Virus record (IMG/VR): IMGVR_UViG_3300044632_000653 | Length of the DNA: 64,000 bases | From: a virus | Strand: one strand, 5' to 3' | In this document: one piece after another, positions 45,774 through 55,234 of the stretch | Position numbering within the stretch: the stretch's first letter is position 1 | How the letters are laid out: each line of letters opens with the position of its first letter | The notes under the pieces: generated by a model | Seen by the model: only the letters and a program-made list of their open reading frames with translations | What the model was told of the DNA's origin: nothing | Database searches by the model: none | Program-made: the position numbers and the translations under genes

Positions 45774-46679
45774 ATGAATGCCATGGTCACAGGTGCGGCG
45801 GGCTTCATCGGCTCGCATATGGTCGATCTCCTACTGAACCACAGGCACTCGGTTGTCGCCGTAGACAACGAGAGTTCAGAGTCGCATGCCAAGTTTCATT
45901 GGAACCCGCTTTGTGATAACAGATTGTCTGATGTTTGCGACCTCACGCCACTCGACTTCGACGGTGTGGATGTGGTGTTCCATATGGCGGCTGAAGTCAG
46001 CATCCCGAAGTGCATGGCACACCGTGATCAGGCTTTCAGCACCAATGTGATCGGAACATGGAATGTCCTCGACTGCGCACAGAAGGCGGGAGTGCGTCGG
46101 CTCGTCTTCTCGTCCACCTCGGCGATCTACGGAGTCAGGGCAAGCGGTTTCTCTCCTCCTGTGAAGGAGACTGATTCCATCGACTGCCCGAACAACTACG
46201 CAACGAGCAAGTTCATCGGGGAGCAGTTGTGCAAGCAGTACTCTCTTCTCCACGGACTCGACACGGTGTGCCTCAGGTACTTCAATGTCTTCGGCGAGAG
46301 ACAGGCTGACAGGGGGTCATATAGCCCCGTCATCGCATCGTTCCTGCGGATGCGAAGGGAAGGCAAGCCCCTCCTCATATTTGGAGATGGTCATCAGTCG
46401 AGGGACTATGTCCATGTCTCGGATGTGGTCAGGGCGAACCTCATGGCGGCTGACCATCCCCACGCCCTCCACGGTGAGGCAGTCAACATCGGAAGTTGGC
46501 GGTCTTCGTCGGTACTAGAGATCGCCCGTGTAATATCCCCCGACGAAAGGTCGATATGCTTCATGCCGAAGCGTGAGGGTGAGGTCAGGCATTCGTTGGC
46601 TGACTGTGGCAAGGCTGCTTCCCTGTTCGGTTGGAAGGCAAAGACGGATGTGATGGATTGGATACGGAATGCAACCTAA
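45774..46679 (+). CDS. NAD-dependent epimerase/dehydratase
   Basis: VTGAAGFIGS, SSTSAIYG, YATSK, RYFNVFG. Confidence 0.92.
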   Translation: MNAMVTGAAGFIGSHMVDLLLNHRHSVVAVDNESSESHAKFHWNPLCDNRLSDVCDLTPLDFDGVDVVFHMAAEVSIPKCMAHRDQAFSTNVIGTWNVLDCAQKAGVRRLVFSSTSAIYGVRASGFSPPVKETDSIDCPNNYATSKFIGEQLCKQYSLLHGLDTVCLRYFNVFGERQADRGSYSPVIASFLRMRREGKPLLIFGDGHQSRDYVHVSDVVRANLMAADHPHALHGEAVNIGSWRSSSVLEIARVISPDERSICFMPKREGEVRHSLADCGKAASLFGWKAKTDVMDWIRNAT

Positions 46680-48144
46680 CACGGACAAGATCGAAGTCGC
46701 CATCCTCAGAAGCCTCCTGCACCTGTCGGAGTTCACTCGACGGGTGCTTCCCTTTTTGAAGGAAGCCTACTTCCACGATCCCTGCGAGAAGAGGCTGTTC
46801 CTCACGATCTCGGAGTTCACCTCCAAGTACAACGCACCGCCGACCGAGGAGGCACTCAGCATCATCCTCGGTCAGCAGGACGGGATGTCCCAAGGCGAGT
46901 ACGACGAATGCGTTCGACTTCTGCCTCTCCTTGGCGAGCCTCAAGAGCATCCCGACCTCCAATGGCTCATCGATCAGACGGAGAAGTTCTGCAAGGACAA
47001 GGCGGTCTACAACGCTCTCATGGAGTCCGTCGAACTCCTTGACGAGAAGCGGTCGAAGGGGAGGTCCAAGGCTGCTATCCCCGAGATCCTCAAGGAAGCC
47101 CTCAGTATCTCATTCGATGAACACATCGGTCACGACTTCATTGAGGATGCCGAGCGGCGGTACGAGTTCTACCACAAGGTGGAGAAGAAGACACCGTTCG
47201 ACCTCGACATGTTCAACAAGATCACCAACGGCGGGGTGCCCGACAAGACCCTCAATGTGATCCTTGCGGGAACTGGTGTAGGCAAGTCCCTGTTCATGTG
47301 CCACCACGCCGCCAACTGCCTCTCGCAGAGCAAGAATGTCCTCTACATCACCTGCGAGATGGCTGAGGAGAGGATCGCCGAGCGCATCGATGCGAACCTC
47401 ATGGACATCACATTGGATGACCTCAAGAAGTTGCCGATGGATGTGTACGCCAAGCGGCTCTCCAAGGTCACGGCGGGGATCACGGGCAAGTTGTTGATCA
47501 AGGAGTACCCCACGGCATCGGCGAACGCAGGGCACTTCCGACACCTCCTTGACGAACTGCGGCTGAAGAAGGACTTCAAGCCCGACATCATCTTCATCGA
47601 CTACCTCAACATCTGCGCCTCGGTGAGGTTCAAGCCTGGAGCGAATGTCAACTCCTACACCTACATCAAGGCGATTGCGGAGGAACTCCGAGGTCTCGCC
47701 GTGGAGATGGCGGTGCCGATCTTCACGGCAACACAGACCAACCGCTCGGGGTTCGGCAACACGGATGTTGACCTGACCGACACATCCGAGTCGTTCGGAC
47801 TTCCCGCCACCGCCGACTTCATGTTCGCACTCATCGCCACCGAGCAGTTGGACGAACTCGGTCAGGTCATGGTGAAGCAACTCAAGAACCGCTACAACGA
47901 TGTCGCCACGAACCGAAAGTTCGTGGTCGGAATCGACCGTGCCAAGATGAAGTTGTTCGATGTCAGCGATCCAACGGCGAACCTCGTCAACGCAGCCGTG
48001 AACGACGATGACGATCCCGCCCCCGTGCGCCCACGCCCCCACGCACACGGGCGCACGGGCGTGAACGCATGCGCACCCACACGGGCGCACGGGCGCACGG
48101 GCGCACGGAAACCACCCATCGATGATGACGATGGATGGACCTGA
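46669..48144 (+). CDS. gp41: Replicative DNA helicase
   Basis: AGTGVGKS, IKEYPT, IDYLN, ATQTNR, SESFGLPATAD, QLKNRY. Confidence 0.97.
   Translation: MQPNTDKIEVAILRSLLHLSEFTRRVLPFLKEAYFHDPCEKRLFLTISEFTSKYNAPPTEEALSIILGQQDGMSQGEYDECVRLLPLLGEPQEHPDLQWLIDQTEKFCKDKAVYNALMESVELLDEKRSKGRSKAAIPEILKEALSISFDEHIGHDFIEDAERRYEFYHKVEKKTPFDLDMFNKITNGGVPDKTLNVILAGTGVGKSLFMCHHAANCLSQSKNVLYITCEMAEERIAERIDANLMDITLDDLKKLPMDVYAKRLSKVTAGITGKLLIKEYPTASANAGHFRHLLDELRLKKDFKPDIIFIDYLNICASVRFKPGANVNSYTYIKAIAEELRGLAVEMAVPIFTATQTNRSGFGNTDVDLTDTSESFGLPATADFMFALIATEQLDELGQVMVKQLKNRYNDVATNRKFVVGIDRAKMKLFDVSDPTANLVNAAVNDDDDPAPVRPRPHAHGRTGVNACAPTRAHGRTGARKPPIDDDDGWT
48016..48108 (+). repeat. GCACGGGCGCAC-based repeat cluster in helicase tail (related clusters at 12561, 17355, 34020, 35889, 57193)
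   Basis: Tandem cacgggcgcac units. Confidence 0.85.
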
Positions 48145-48248
48145 CCTGCACATGGACGGGTGCCTGAATCGGAAAAAGGTGGTCGCTTATAACGGCCCTC
48201 ATGTGGGTTCGATCCCCACCCCGTCTACTCATAGATACGGAAAATACC

Positions 48249-49406
48249 ATGCTCACATTCAAGGAAGTCGGCACCACAGAGATCACCCGCAACAAGCACC
48301 TCCCCCATGTCGAGGACCTCATGTTCCTTGAGGGAAAGGGAGGTCTCGCCTCCTCGCTCCACATCCTCGCCGAGGTGATGCGTCAGTCCGATGGCATCAG
48401 GATGTCGGTGAAGTGGGATGGTCGCCCCGCCATCGTGTGTGGGATCAATCCCGAGAACTCCAAGTTTTTCGTCGGCACGAAGGCGGCGTTCAACAAGGAT
48501 GTCCGTGCGTTCGACACCAAGGATGGGATCATGGCGGGGGTGGAGAACCCCGACCTCGCCGAGAAGTTGGTCGAGTGCCTCGCATGGCTCCCTAGCCTCG
48601 GCATCCGAGGTGTCGTGCAAGGCGACCTCCTGTTCACCTCCGATTCCATCACGGTCACCGAGGAGGAGGTGGCGTTCCAACCCAACGCCATCAGGTACTC
48701 GGTCGGAAGGAACACCGCCGTGGGCAAGGCGATCAGCAACGCCAAGTTGGGTGTCGCCTTCCATACGGTCTACGAGGGCAAGACCATGGGATCGCTCACG
48801 GTCTCCTCGTTTGGATTCGACCCTTCCATGGTCGCACAGGATTCCCCCGTTTGGTTCCCGAGCATCTCCGTACACACCCTCACGGAAAGCACTCCACTTG
48901 AGAACGCCACCAATGAGGCGAGGCTCCACTACTGCGAGGAGCAGTCGGAGAAGGTCGGGCAGTTCCTCGGGACCATGCTCTCAAACAAGGAACTCGTCCC
49001 CTTCCTCTCCCCCTACATCAACGCCACGGTCATGGCGAACATCTCGGAGTGTTCGGCACGGGGTCTTGCCCTCTACATCGAAACCAAGGTGGGCAAGGAG
49101 ATCCTCAAGTTGAAGACCGACAAGGGCAGGTCGGACAAGAAGGCACTAGCAGACCGCCTGATCAACTTCACCGAGGTCTACGCCAAGCAGTTCGATACGG
49201 CGTTTCTCCTACATAGGAAGATGGCTCTCGTAAAGGAATCTCTCCTCCAAAGGGTGCCTCTTACCGAGTTCCGCCATCACTTTGTCGATGCCGAGGGCAT
49301 GCGACCGACCGAGCCCGAGGGAATCGTCGTGAGTGAGTCCAAGAGAGCCGTGAAGTTCGTGACACGGTCACGGTTCTCGGCGCAGAACAGGAAGGTAAAC
49401 GGGTGA
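48249..49406 (+). CDS. Conserved T4-like phage protein (DUF6267-like; ligase-type KxDG motif)
   Basis: NKHL.HVED, SVKWDG.PAIVCG, FFVGTK, QGDLLF, PEG.V; TAGATA at 48232. Confidence 0.75.
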   Translation: MLTFKEVGTTEITRNKHLPHVEDLMFLEGKGGLASSLHILAEVMRQSDGIRMSVKWDGRPAIVCGINPENSKFFVGTKAAFNKDVRAFDTKDGIMAGVENPDLAEKLVECLAWLPSLGIRGVVQGDLLFTSDSITVTEEEVAFQPNAIRYSVGRNTAVGKAISNAKLGVAFHTVYEGKTMGSLTVSSFGFDPSMVAQDSPVWFPSISVHTLTESTPLENATNEARLHYCEEQSEKVGQFLGTMLSNKELVPFLSPYINATVMANISECSARGLALYIETKVGKEILKLKTDKGRSDKKALADRLINFTEVYAKQFDTAFLLHRKMALVKESLLQRVPLTEFRHHFVDAEGMRPTEPEGIVVSESKRAVKFVTRSRFSAQNRKVNG

Positions 49407-52400
49407 AAGGTTTCTCCACACACATCAGCGAGCGTGGTCCGAGGGACACCGCAGTCTTCTCGTTCGGGCGCATGAATCCTCCGACAACGGGACATGGTGT
49501 GGTGGTGGACACGGTCGTTGAGGAGGCTAGGGCTCTTGATGCCGATCACTTCGTCTTCCTCTCCCGCACACAGGATGCAAAGGTGAACCCCCTCTCGACC
49601 GAGAAGAAGGTCGAGTACATGAAGGCGTTCTTCCCGAATACAAACATCTCCACCGAGGCTACGAACCCCTTCGATGCCGTCCTGCATCTCTGCGACATGG
49701 GATACAAGAACATCGTCCTCGTCACGGGAGATGATCAACAGGCTGACTACGAGCGCATCCTGAAGTACAAGGGAACGGTCGCCGCCAAGGATCCAAAGGG
49801 AAGGTCCTACTCGTTTGAGTCGTTCCGAGTCCGTGTGGCGGGGGAGCCCCGCTCCAAGGATTCGACGGGACTCGCAGCCGTGGGTGCGACCGATGCCCGT
49901 GAGGCGGCTTTCAGAGGCGACTTCGCCGCATTCTCCGCACTCATCCCCACCGAGGACGGTCTCCTCAAGGAGCGGCTCTACAACGATGTCCGCAAGGGTC
50001 TCGGTCTCAACGAGGAGTATGTCGAGGAGGCTCGGGAGAACGGAGACAAGGTCACCATCCTCGCCCTGACATCCTCGGACAAGGATCTCTCGGACACGAT
50101 TGAGAAGATGGGGGAGATCTGCAAGAAGCGCAAGATCCCCTTCTATGCCGTCAAGACGAAGAAGGCGCAGATCGACCTGTCGAGCGTCGTGGCGAAGAAG
50201 ATCACCATCAAGAACTATGACGGCGAAGGCAAGGATGTGACCATCGTTCCGAGCGACACGATAGCAATCGTCCGTGGCGGGGTTATGAACAGCGAGGTCG
50301 GGGTTGCGATCCTCACCATCCTTCAGAACAACGGCGTGTTCATGGTGAACGAGAAGGGGGGTATGGAACTCTGCGCCAACAAGTTGGAGACCGCCATCGC
50401 CCTCAAGAAGCACGGTCTGCCCCACCCAAAGACCGCCTATGTCTCTAGCGAGGCGAACATCGAAGCCGCAGTCAAGGAGATCGGGGGCAAGTTTCCCGTC
50501 ATCTGCAAGACCCTGACGGGTGCCGAGGGCATCGGTGTCTCCAAGATCGAAAGCATGGAGAGCCTCAAGAGCGTCCTACAGACGCTTTGGAAGTTCGGTG
50601 CCGAGATCATCATCCAAGAGTTCCTCCCCGACTTCAAGAACGATGTCCGCAGCATCGTCCTCAACGGCAAGATCTTCGCCTGTGCCAAGCGTGACAAGGC
50701 ACCGAAGGACTTCCGCACGAACATCGCCCGTGGATCGAAGGGCGGCTCGTTCCAACTCTCCGACGAGGAGATCAAGTTGGTCGAGCAAGCCGCTCGGGTG
50801 AGCAAGTGCTACTATGTCGGAATCGACCATGTCATCAACGATGGCAAGCCGTACATCATTGAGATGAACGCAAGCCCTGGCAGCGGCAACATCTACTACC
50901 GCTACTACGAGGACGGCAAGGGCAAGGACAATGTCAAGGGCGAGGAGTTGGTCGAGGACTTCCTTGACCACATCCTTGTCAAGGCAAATTGGAAGTTGTT
51001 CTCAAACCTCGCAGTCCGTGAGACGGTGAAGGTCGATGGCGTGGAGTACCAAGCCAAGATCGACACGGGGAACAGCGGCTACAACATGATCCATGCCACG
51101 GAGATCAAGGACAACGGCGACCACACCGTCACCTTTAGGCTCCCGAGCGGCAAGAAGGTGACGAAGAAGATCATCAGCCGCATCAGCGTGAAAAGCGGGA
51201 TCGGGGAGAAGAAGCGTCTCGTCGTGCTGATGGACATCGACTTCCACGGGAAGCACTATCCGAACATCAAGTTCTCCCTCGGCGACCGAAGCCACATGTC
51301 GAGCAAGGTCCTCGTCGGTCTCCGATTCCTCGGACAGACGGGCAGCGTGGTTGACCCCGCCGATGCCATCTATCCTCAACCCGACCCCAAGAAGAAGGGG
51401 GTGACCGAGGAGGAGGAAGAGGAGGAGGAGATCTCGGAGATGTCTGCGGTCGAGGTGAAGGACGCAGCCAAGGAGATCATCACAAGCCCGTTGGTGGCGA
51501 CCAAGGTATTCGCTCTCGCCAACAAGAAGAAAGTGCTGACTCCCGAGGCTTTCAAGAAGGAAGTTGAGACAACGAAGCAGGAAATCCTCGCCCACGCATA
51601 CAAGGTCACGGGCGCATCCGTGACCTTGAACATGTTCCTACAGAAGACCATGTTGGGCAAGTTCTTGGTGAAGATCCTCGACAAGGTCCTCATCCAAGGA
51701 ACCATCGACCCCGTGATTGTGGGGAAGGCTCTCCACTCGGCTATTCCGTATCTCGGCATGGGCGACGATGTCGATGGCAATCCCCTCGTCGAAGCCGATG
51801 TCACCAAGGGCAAGAAATTCAAGACCAAGTCGGGCAAGACGAGGAAGTCGCCCGAGGACAAGACCTCGGGTCTCCCGAAGAAGTATGTCTCGGGATTGAG
51901 CAAGGGCGAGGCGAAGACCCGAAGCAGGGAACTCGCCAAGCGGAAGGACATGCCCGATGACGATCCCAAGACTTGGGAGTTCGTGAATCCACGGGAGAAA
52001 AAGATGAAGACGAAGCCGTCGAAGTACACGACGCTGTTCAAGAAACTCGCCAAGAAGGGCAAGGTCAAGGCTATCAAGAGCGGCTACGAGCATGACGAGG
52101 CTTTGGAGCGGCTGTGGTCCATTGACGAGTCCCAAGAGACGAACTCGTCCAAGTTGAGGCTAGCCATCGCCTACGAGGACCGATGCCGTGAGCGAGGCAT
52201 GTCGGAGGCTACCGAACTCGTCAGGGCGTACATCGAACAACTCAAGGAAGTCCGCAACGAAGAGATCGGCACGGACGAGCCCACCACCATTGACGAGGAC
52301 TTCGACTACCTGCTGATGGAGGTGAGTCCTCCTAGCGGACCCGCCCGTCGATTCTCCAAGAAGGAGAAGGTCAAGGCTCAGTTCAAGAAGAGGTACGGCA

Positions 52401-53005
52401 AAGATTGGAAGCAGGTCTTCTACGCCACGGCATGGAAGATGCACGGCAAGTCCGAGTCGGTCGTGGTCGCCGACGAATGGCTTGCCGAGGCTGACAGGAT
52501 CCACGGCGTGATGAAGTGGACCTCCTTGAGCAAGCGTGGTCCCCTTGAGATAGGCAGCGACGAGATCGTCAAGACCTACAAGCGTGACACTCCAGGTGAG
52601 CGTGAGCGTCTCAAGGAGGAGGGCGGCGAGGAGATCGATGACGAGAAGAGGCGGCTCTACAAGGAGTGGCAGAAACTCGTCAACATGTCGGGCAAGGAGA
52701 TCCAATCGTTCCTCGACTCCGATGGTGGCGAGGAGGCGGGATTGAGCCGCAAGGAGGCGGGTAAGGCGGGAGCGGGTGGCAAGAAGATCACCAGCGGTCG
52801 TGACTCTGCCCGTGCGATCATCCGAATGCTCGACACCCCGATGGTGAAGTGGAGTGCCAACGATTGGAAGTGGGCGGGTAAGCAAGTCAACTTCATCTCC
52901 CGCATGAAGGGTGCGAAGGGCGGCATGCGTGACGAGAAGGGTCGCCCCACCCGCAAACTCCTAGCACTCAAGGTTTGGGGTCACAACCCCGAGAAGAAAG
53001 GCTGA
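49403..53005 (+). CDS. 1200-aa polyprotein: CTS-like leader, HIGH-type nucleotidyltransferase, RimK-like ATP-grasp ligase, retropepsin-like (RimB-type) protease, poly-Glu, small basic modules, DUF3140-like C-terminus
   Basis: MKGFSTHISE; FGRMNPPTTGH; NKLET..P.T..FPVICK..G.EGIGV..QEF..DVR..FRTN.ARG..GID..EMNASPG; AKIDTGN; E8 at 51407-51430; LVNMS..SGRDS..WGHNP. Confidence 0.85.
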   Translation: MKGFSTHISERGPRDTAVFSFGRMNPPTTGHGVVVDTVVEEARALDADHFVFLSRTQDAKVNPLSTEKKVEYMKAFFPNTNISTEATNPFDAVLHLCDMGYKNIVLVTGDDQQADYERILKYKGTVAAKDPKGRSYSFESFRVRVAGEPRSKDSTGLAAVGATDAREAAFRGDFAAFSALIPTEDGLLKERLYNDVRKGLGLNEEYVEEARENGDKVTILALTSSDKDLSDTIEKMGEICKKRKIPFYAVKTKKAQIDLSSVVAKKITIKNYDGEGKDVTIVPSDTIAIVRGGVMNSEVGVAILTILQNNGVFMVNEKGGMELCANKLETAIALKKHGLPHPKTAYVSSEANIEAAVKEIGGKFPVICKTLTGAEGIGVSKIESMESLKSVLQTLWKFGAEIIIQEFLPDFKNDVRSIVLNGKIFACAKRDKAPKDFRTNIARGSKGGSFQLSDEEIKLVEQAARVSKCYYVGIDHVINDGKPYIIEMNASPGSGNIYYRYYEDGKGKDNVKGEELVEDFLDHILVKANWKLFSNLAVRETVKVDGVEYQAKIDTGNSGYNMIHATEIKDNGDHTVTFRLPSGKKVTKKIISRISVKSGIGEKKRLVVLMDIDFHGKHYPNIKFSLGDRSHMSSKVLVGLRFLGQTGSVVDPADAIYPQPDPKKKGVTEEEEEEEEISEMSAVEVKDAAKEIITSPLVATKVFALANKKKVLTPEAFKKEVETTKQEILAHAYKVTGASVTLNMFLQKTMLGKFLVKILDKVLIQGTIDPVIVGKALHSAIPYLGMGDDVDGNPLVEADVTKGKKFKTKSGKTRKSPEDKTSGLPKKYVSGLSKGEAKTRSRELAKRKDMPDDDPKTWEFVNPREKKMKTKPSKYTTLFKKLAKKGKVKAIKSGYEHDEALERLWSIDESQETNSSKLRLAIAYEDRCRERGMSEATELVRAYIEQLKEVRNEEIGTDEPTTIDEDFDYLLMEVSPPSGPARRFSKKEKVKAQFKKRYGKDWKQVFYATAWKMHGKSESVVVADEWLAEADRIHGVMKWTSLSKRGPLEIGSDEIVKTYKRDTPGERERLKEEGGEEIDDEKRRLYKEWQKLVNMSGKEIQSFLDSDGGEEAGLSRKEAGKAGAGGKKITSGRDSARAIIRMLDTPMVKWSANDWKWAGKQVNFISRMKGAKGGMRDEKGRPTRKLLALKVWGHNPEKKG

Positions 53006-53008
53006 CCG

Positions 53009-53269
53009 ATGAAGAACTTTGGGGGAATCAAGAAGGACATCATGGAAGCCCGCATCGCCGCCTTGGAGAAGAAGGCGAAGAAGAGCGGCATCCCATACGG
53101 CATCCTAAAGAAGGTCTACGACAGGGGAATGGCTGCATGGAAGGGGGGTCACCGTCCAGGTGCCACCTCACACCAATGGGCATTTGCCCGTGTCAACTCG
53201 TTCATCGTGGGCGGGAAGACCCGCAAGACCGCCGATGCCGACCTTTGGAAGAAAGCCAAGGGCGGTTGA
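53009..53269 (+). CDS. DUF5824-like small basic protein with leader MKNFGGIKKDIME
   Basis: KKSGIPYGILKKVYDRG.AAW..GHRPG....QWA.ARVNSF. Confidence 0.75.
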   Translation: MKNFGGIKKDIMEARIAALEKKAKKSGIPYGILKKVYDRGMAAWKGGHRPGATSHQWAFARVNSFIVGGKTRKTADADLWKKAKGG

Positions 53270-53300
53270 TCGCTAAATAGAAAGCACTAGGAGAGTCAGT

Positions 53301-54179
53301 ATGTCCATGTTTCACAATCCATTCAACTCCAAGGTCGTAGCCGACATCACCAAGTTCCTCAACGAGCATCGCAACGATGTGAGGATCAATCCTTGCCTTG
53401 ACGAGGCTGCGAAGGAGGCTGCGGGGGGCATCGACCTCGACGGAATGCTGATTGAGGAGAAGAGGGCGGTCCTCCGACTCGCCTTCAACGAGGCTGTCGG
53501 TAAGTGCGGCTGCAAGGGCACGAACCAAGAAGCAAACGAGTTCACGGCTGCGTTTGAGAGGCATGTCGAGGAAGGCAAGAAGTTGCCGCCCGAGTTCCTA
53601 AAGAACATCGAAAAGAAGAAGAAGGAAGCGAAGGCGAAGAAGGAGTCGGTCGAGGAGGGTGAGCATCGCCGCCCTTTTGACCGCTTGGACGAGGCATACG
53701 CCCTAGAGGGCTTTGCCCAACCGACTGAGAAGGAACTCAGGAAGTTGGTGAAGTATTTTCAAACGATACTCAAAGACCCGAAGAAACTGAAGGCGAGCGG
53801 ATTCGACAAGAAAGAGGCAGAGGAAAACCTTGAGGATGCGCTTCACATGATCAAAACCATGGAAGAGTTCGCCAAGGACTTTGCAGCAACCAAGGCTAAG
53901 GTCAAGGAATCCTTCGATGTGACCGAGTTGGGCGAGGCGAAGGCTTCGTCCACTATCGAATTCTCTCTCATGTCGAAGGACTTCGATGGAATGGAATCCG
54001 CCCACGACTCCCTCCCTAGGAGGTTGAAGTCGATGCAGACGGGATCGGGCATGGCGTTGGGGAGCGGGATGCGTGACCACGGCTACGAGTGCAAGTCGAA
54101 GTCCGACATGGATGCCATCGTCGCCCACTACAAGAAGAAGGTAAAGAGCCTGACCGTCAAGAAGCACTCTGCGGAGTAG
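53301..54179 (+). CDS. Putative internal head/scaffold-like polyprotein
   Basis: TAAATA at 53274, AGGAG RBS; many L/V-x-E sites; Lys/Glu-rich. Confidence 0.6.
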   Translation: MSMFHNPFNSKVVADITKFLNEHRNDVRINPCLDEAAKEAAGGIDLDGMLIEEKRAVLRLAFNEAVGKCGCKGTNQEANEFTAAFERHVEEGKKLPPEFLKNIEKKKKEAKAKKESVEEGEHRRPFDRLDEAYALEGFAQPTEKELRKLVKYFQTILKDPKKLKASGFDKKEAEENLEDALHMIKTMEEFAKDFAATKAKVKESFDVTELGEAKASSTIEFSLMSKDFDGMESAHDSLPRRLKSMQTGSGMALGSGMRDHGYECKSKSDMDAIVAHYKKKVKSLTVKKHSAE

Positions 54180-54185
54180 GTCGGG

Positions 54186-54413
54186 GTGACCGAGGCTGCG
54201 AAGAAGCAGTCTTTCTCTGACCTCTTGATGAAAAAGGCAACGAGGAAGAAGGAGCCTTGGGAAGAGGCTTACTACAAGTGGTTCGATGGCGTGTCGATTG
54301 GAATCTTTGACATGGGTAAGGTTGCCAAGGAGATTCAGGCTCTTATCGCAGCGAAGGCGAACCTTGATGTCGAGATGCCGAAACTTGTGAAGAAGTACGG
54401 CAAGAACAACTAG
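54186..54413 (+). CDS. Small hypothetical protein
   Basis: ORF in late array. Confidence 0.5.
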   Translation: MTEAAKKQSFSDLLMKKATRKKEPWEEAYYKWFDGVSIGIFDMGKVAKEIQALIAAKANLDVEMPKLVKKYGKNN

Positions 54414-54452
54414 GATTCGGACGGCTGCTAAATACCGCAAAGGGAGAAACAG

Positions 54453-55223
54453 ATGGCACTTTGGAACAAGTTTGACAGGGAAGAGTCCAAGCCGACTTGG
54501 CTGAACGCAGCACAGAAGATCAACTGTGTTCGCACCATCAAGGGATGGGAACTTCCGCTCGACGGCACCTCGCTTGGCGGTCAACTTCAGGGCAAGTTGG
54601 GCACGACGGCATCGGTTCCGAACATGGAACTCCTTGTCGCCATTCCGCTCGACTTTTCCACCACGGGCGTGACCGACGCTTACTACGCCAACCGCAGCAT
54701 CACCGCCGCAGGTGCGACCTACGGCACCGATGTGCCGAACTACCGTCCCTACTTCACCTGCCCCTTCAGCGGGGATGGTCCGACCGAGGGTGGTTTCAAC
54801 AGCGCAGGTCTGTCCTTCACCACCTCGGTGGCGGGTTCGGGCACCACGGGCGCAGGAAACTACGCCGTCAACGGCTACGGTGTCTCCACTCTGAACTTCC
54901 CCGCCTCGGCGACGGCTTACATCAAGATCGTCGCCAACGATGTGAACTTCACCCACAACCTCACCTTCAGCGAGGTCACCGATCCGTTCGGTGCGCAGGG
55001 CAACATCGTGCAGGGATCTGCGCTGTTGGTCGCAAACAATGTCCCGACCGCAGTCTACGAGACCTTCTTCGGACCCACCTCGGCGTTCAACAACAATGTC
55101 GCCGTGTTCAAGGTCAACAGGGCGGGTGCCACCGCTGCCAACCGCTCGGTCACCCTCCGTGTGACCGATGCGGGATCGGGAAGCCTTACCGCCGACACCA
55201 CCTTCAAGGTGTCCTTCGTCTGA
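54453..55223 (+). CDS. Virion structural protein
   Basis: MALW N-terminus; Thr/Gly/Ala-rich Ig-like end; TAAATA at 54429. Confidence 0.6.
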   Translation: MALWNKFDREESKPTWLNAAQKINCVRTIKGWELPLDGTSLGGQLQGKLGTTASVPNMELLVAIPLDFSTTGVTDAYYANRSITAAGATYGTDVPNYRPYFTCPFSGDGPTEGGFNSAGLSFTTSVAGSGTTGAGNYAVNGYGVSTLNFPASATAYIKIVANDVNFTHNLTFSEVTDPFGAQGNIVQGSALLVANNVPTAVYETFFGPTSAFNNNVAVFKVNRAGATAANRSVTLRVTDAGSGSLTADTTFKVSFV

Positions 55224-55234
55224 TAGGAGTCACC

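Noticed and set aside
54497-55234. N-terminal 246 aa of the 409-aa ORF 54497-55726
   Set aside because: Overlaps the real gene 54453-55223 out of frame; the true start is ATG 55235 with an AGGAG RBS
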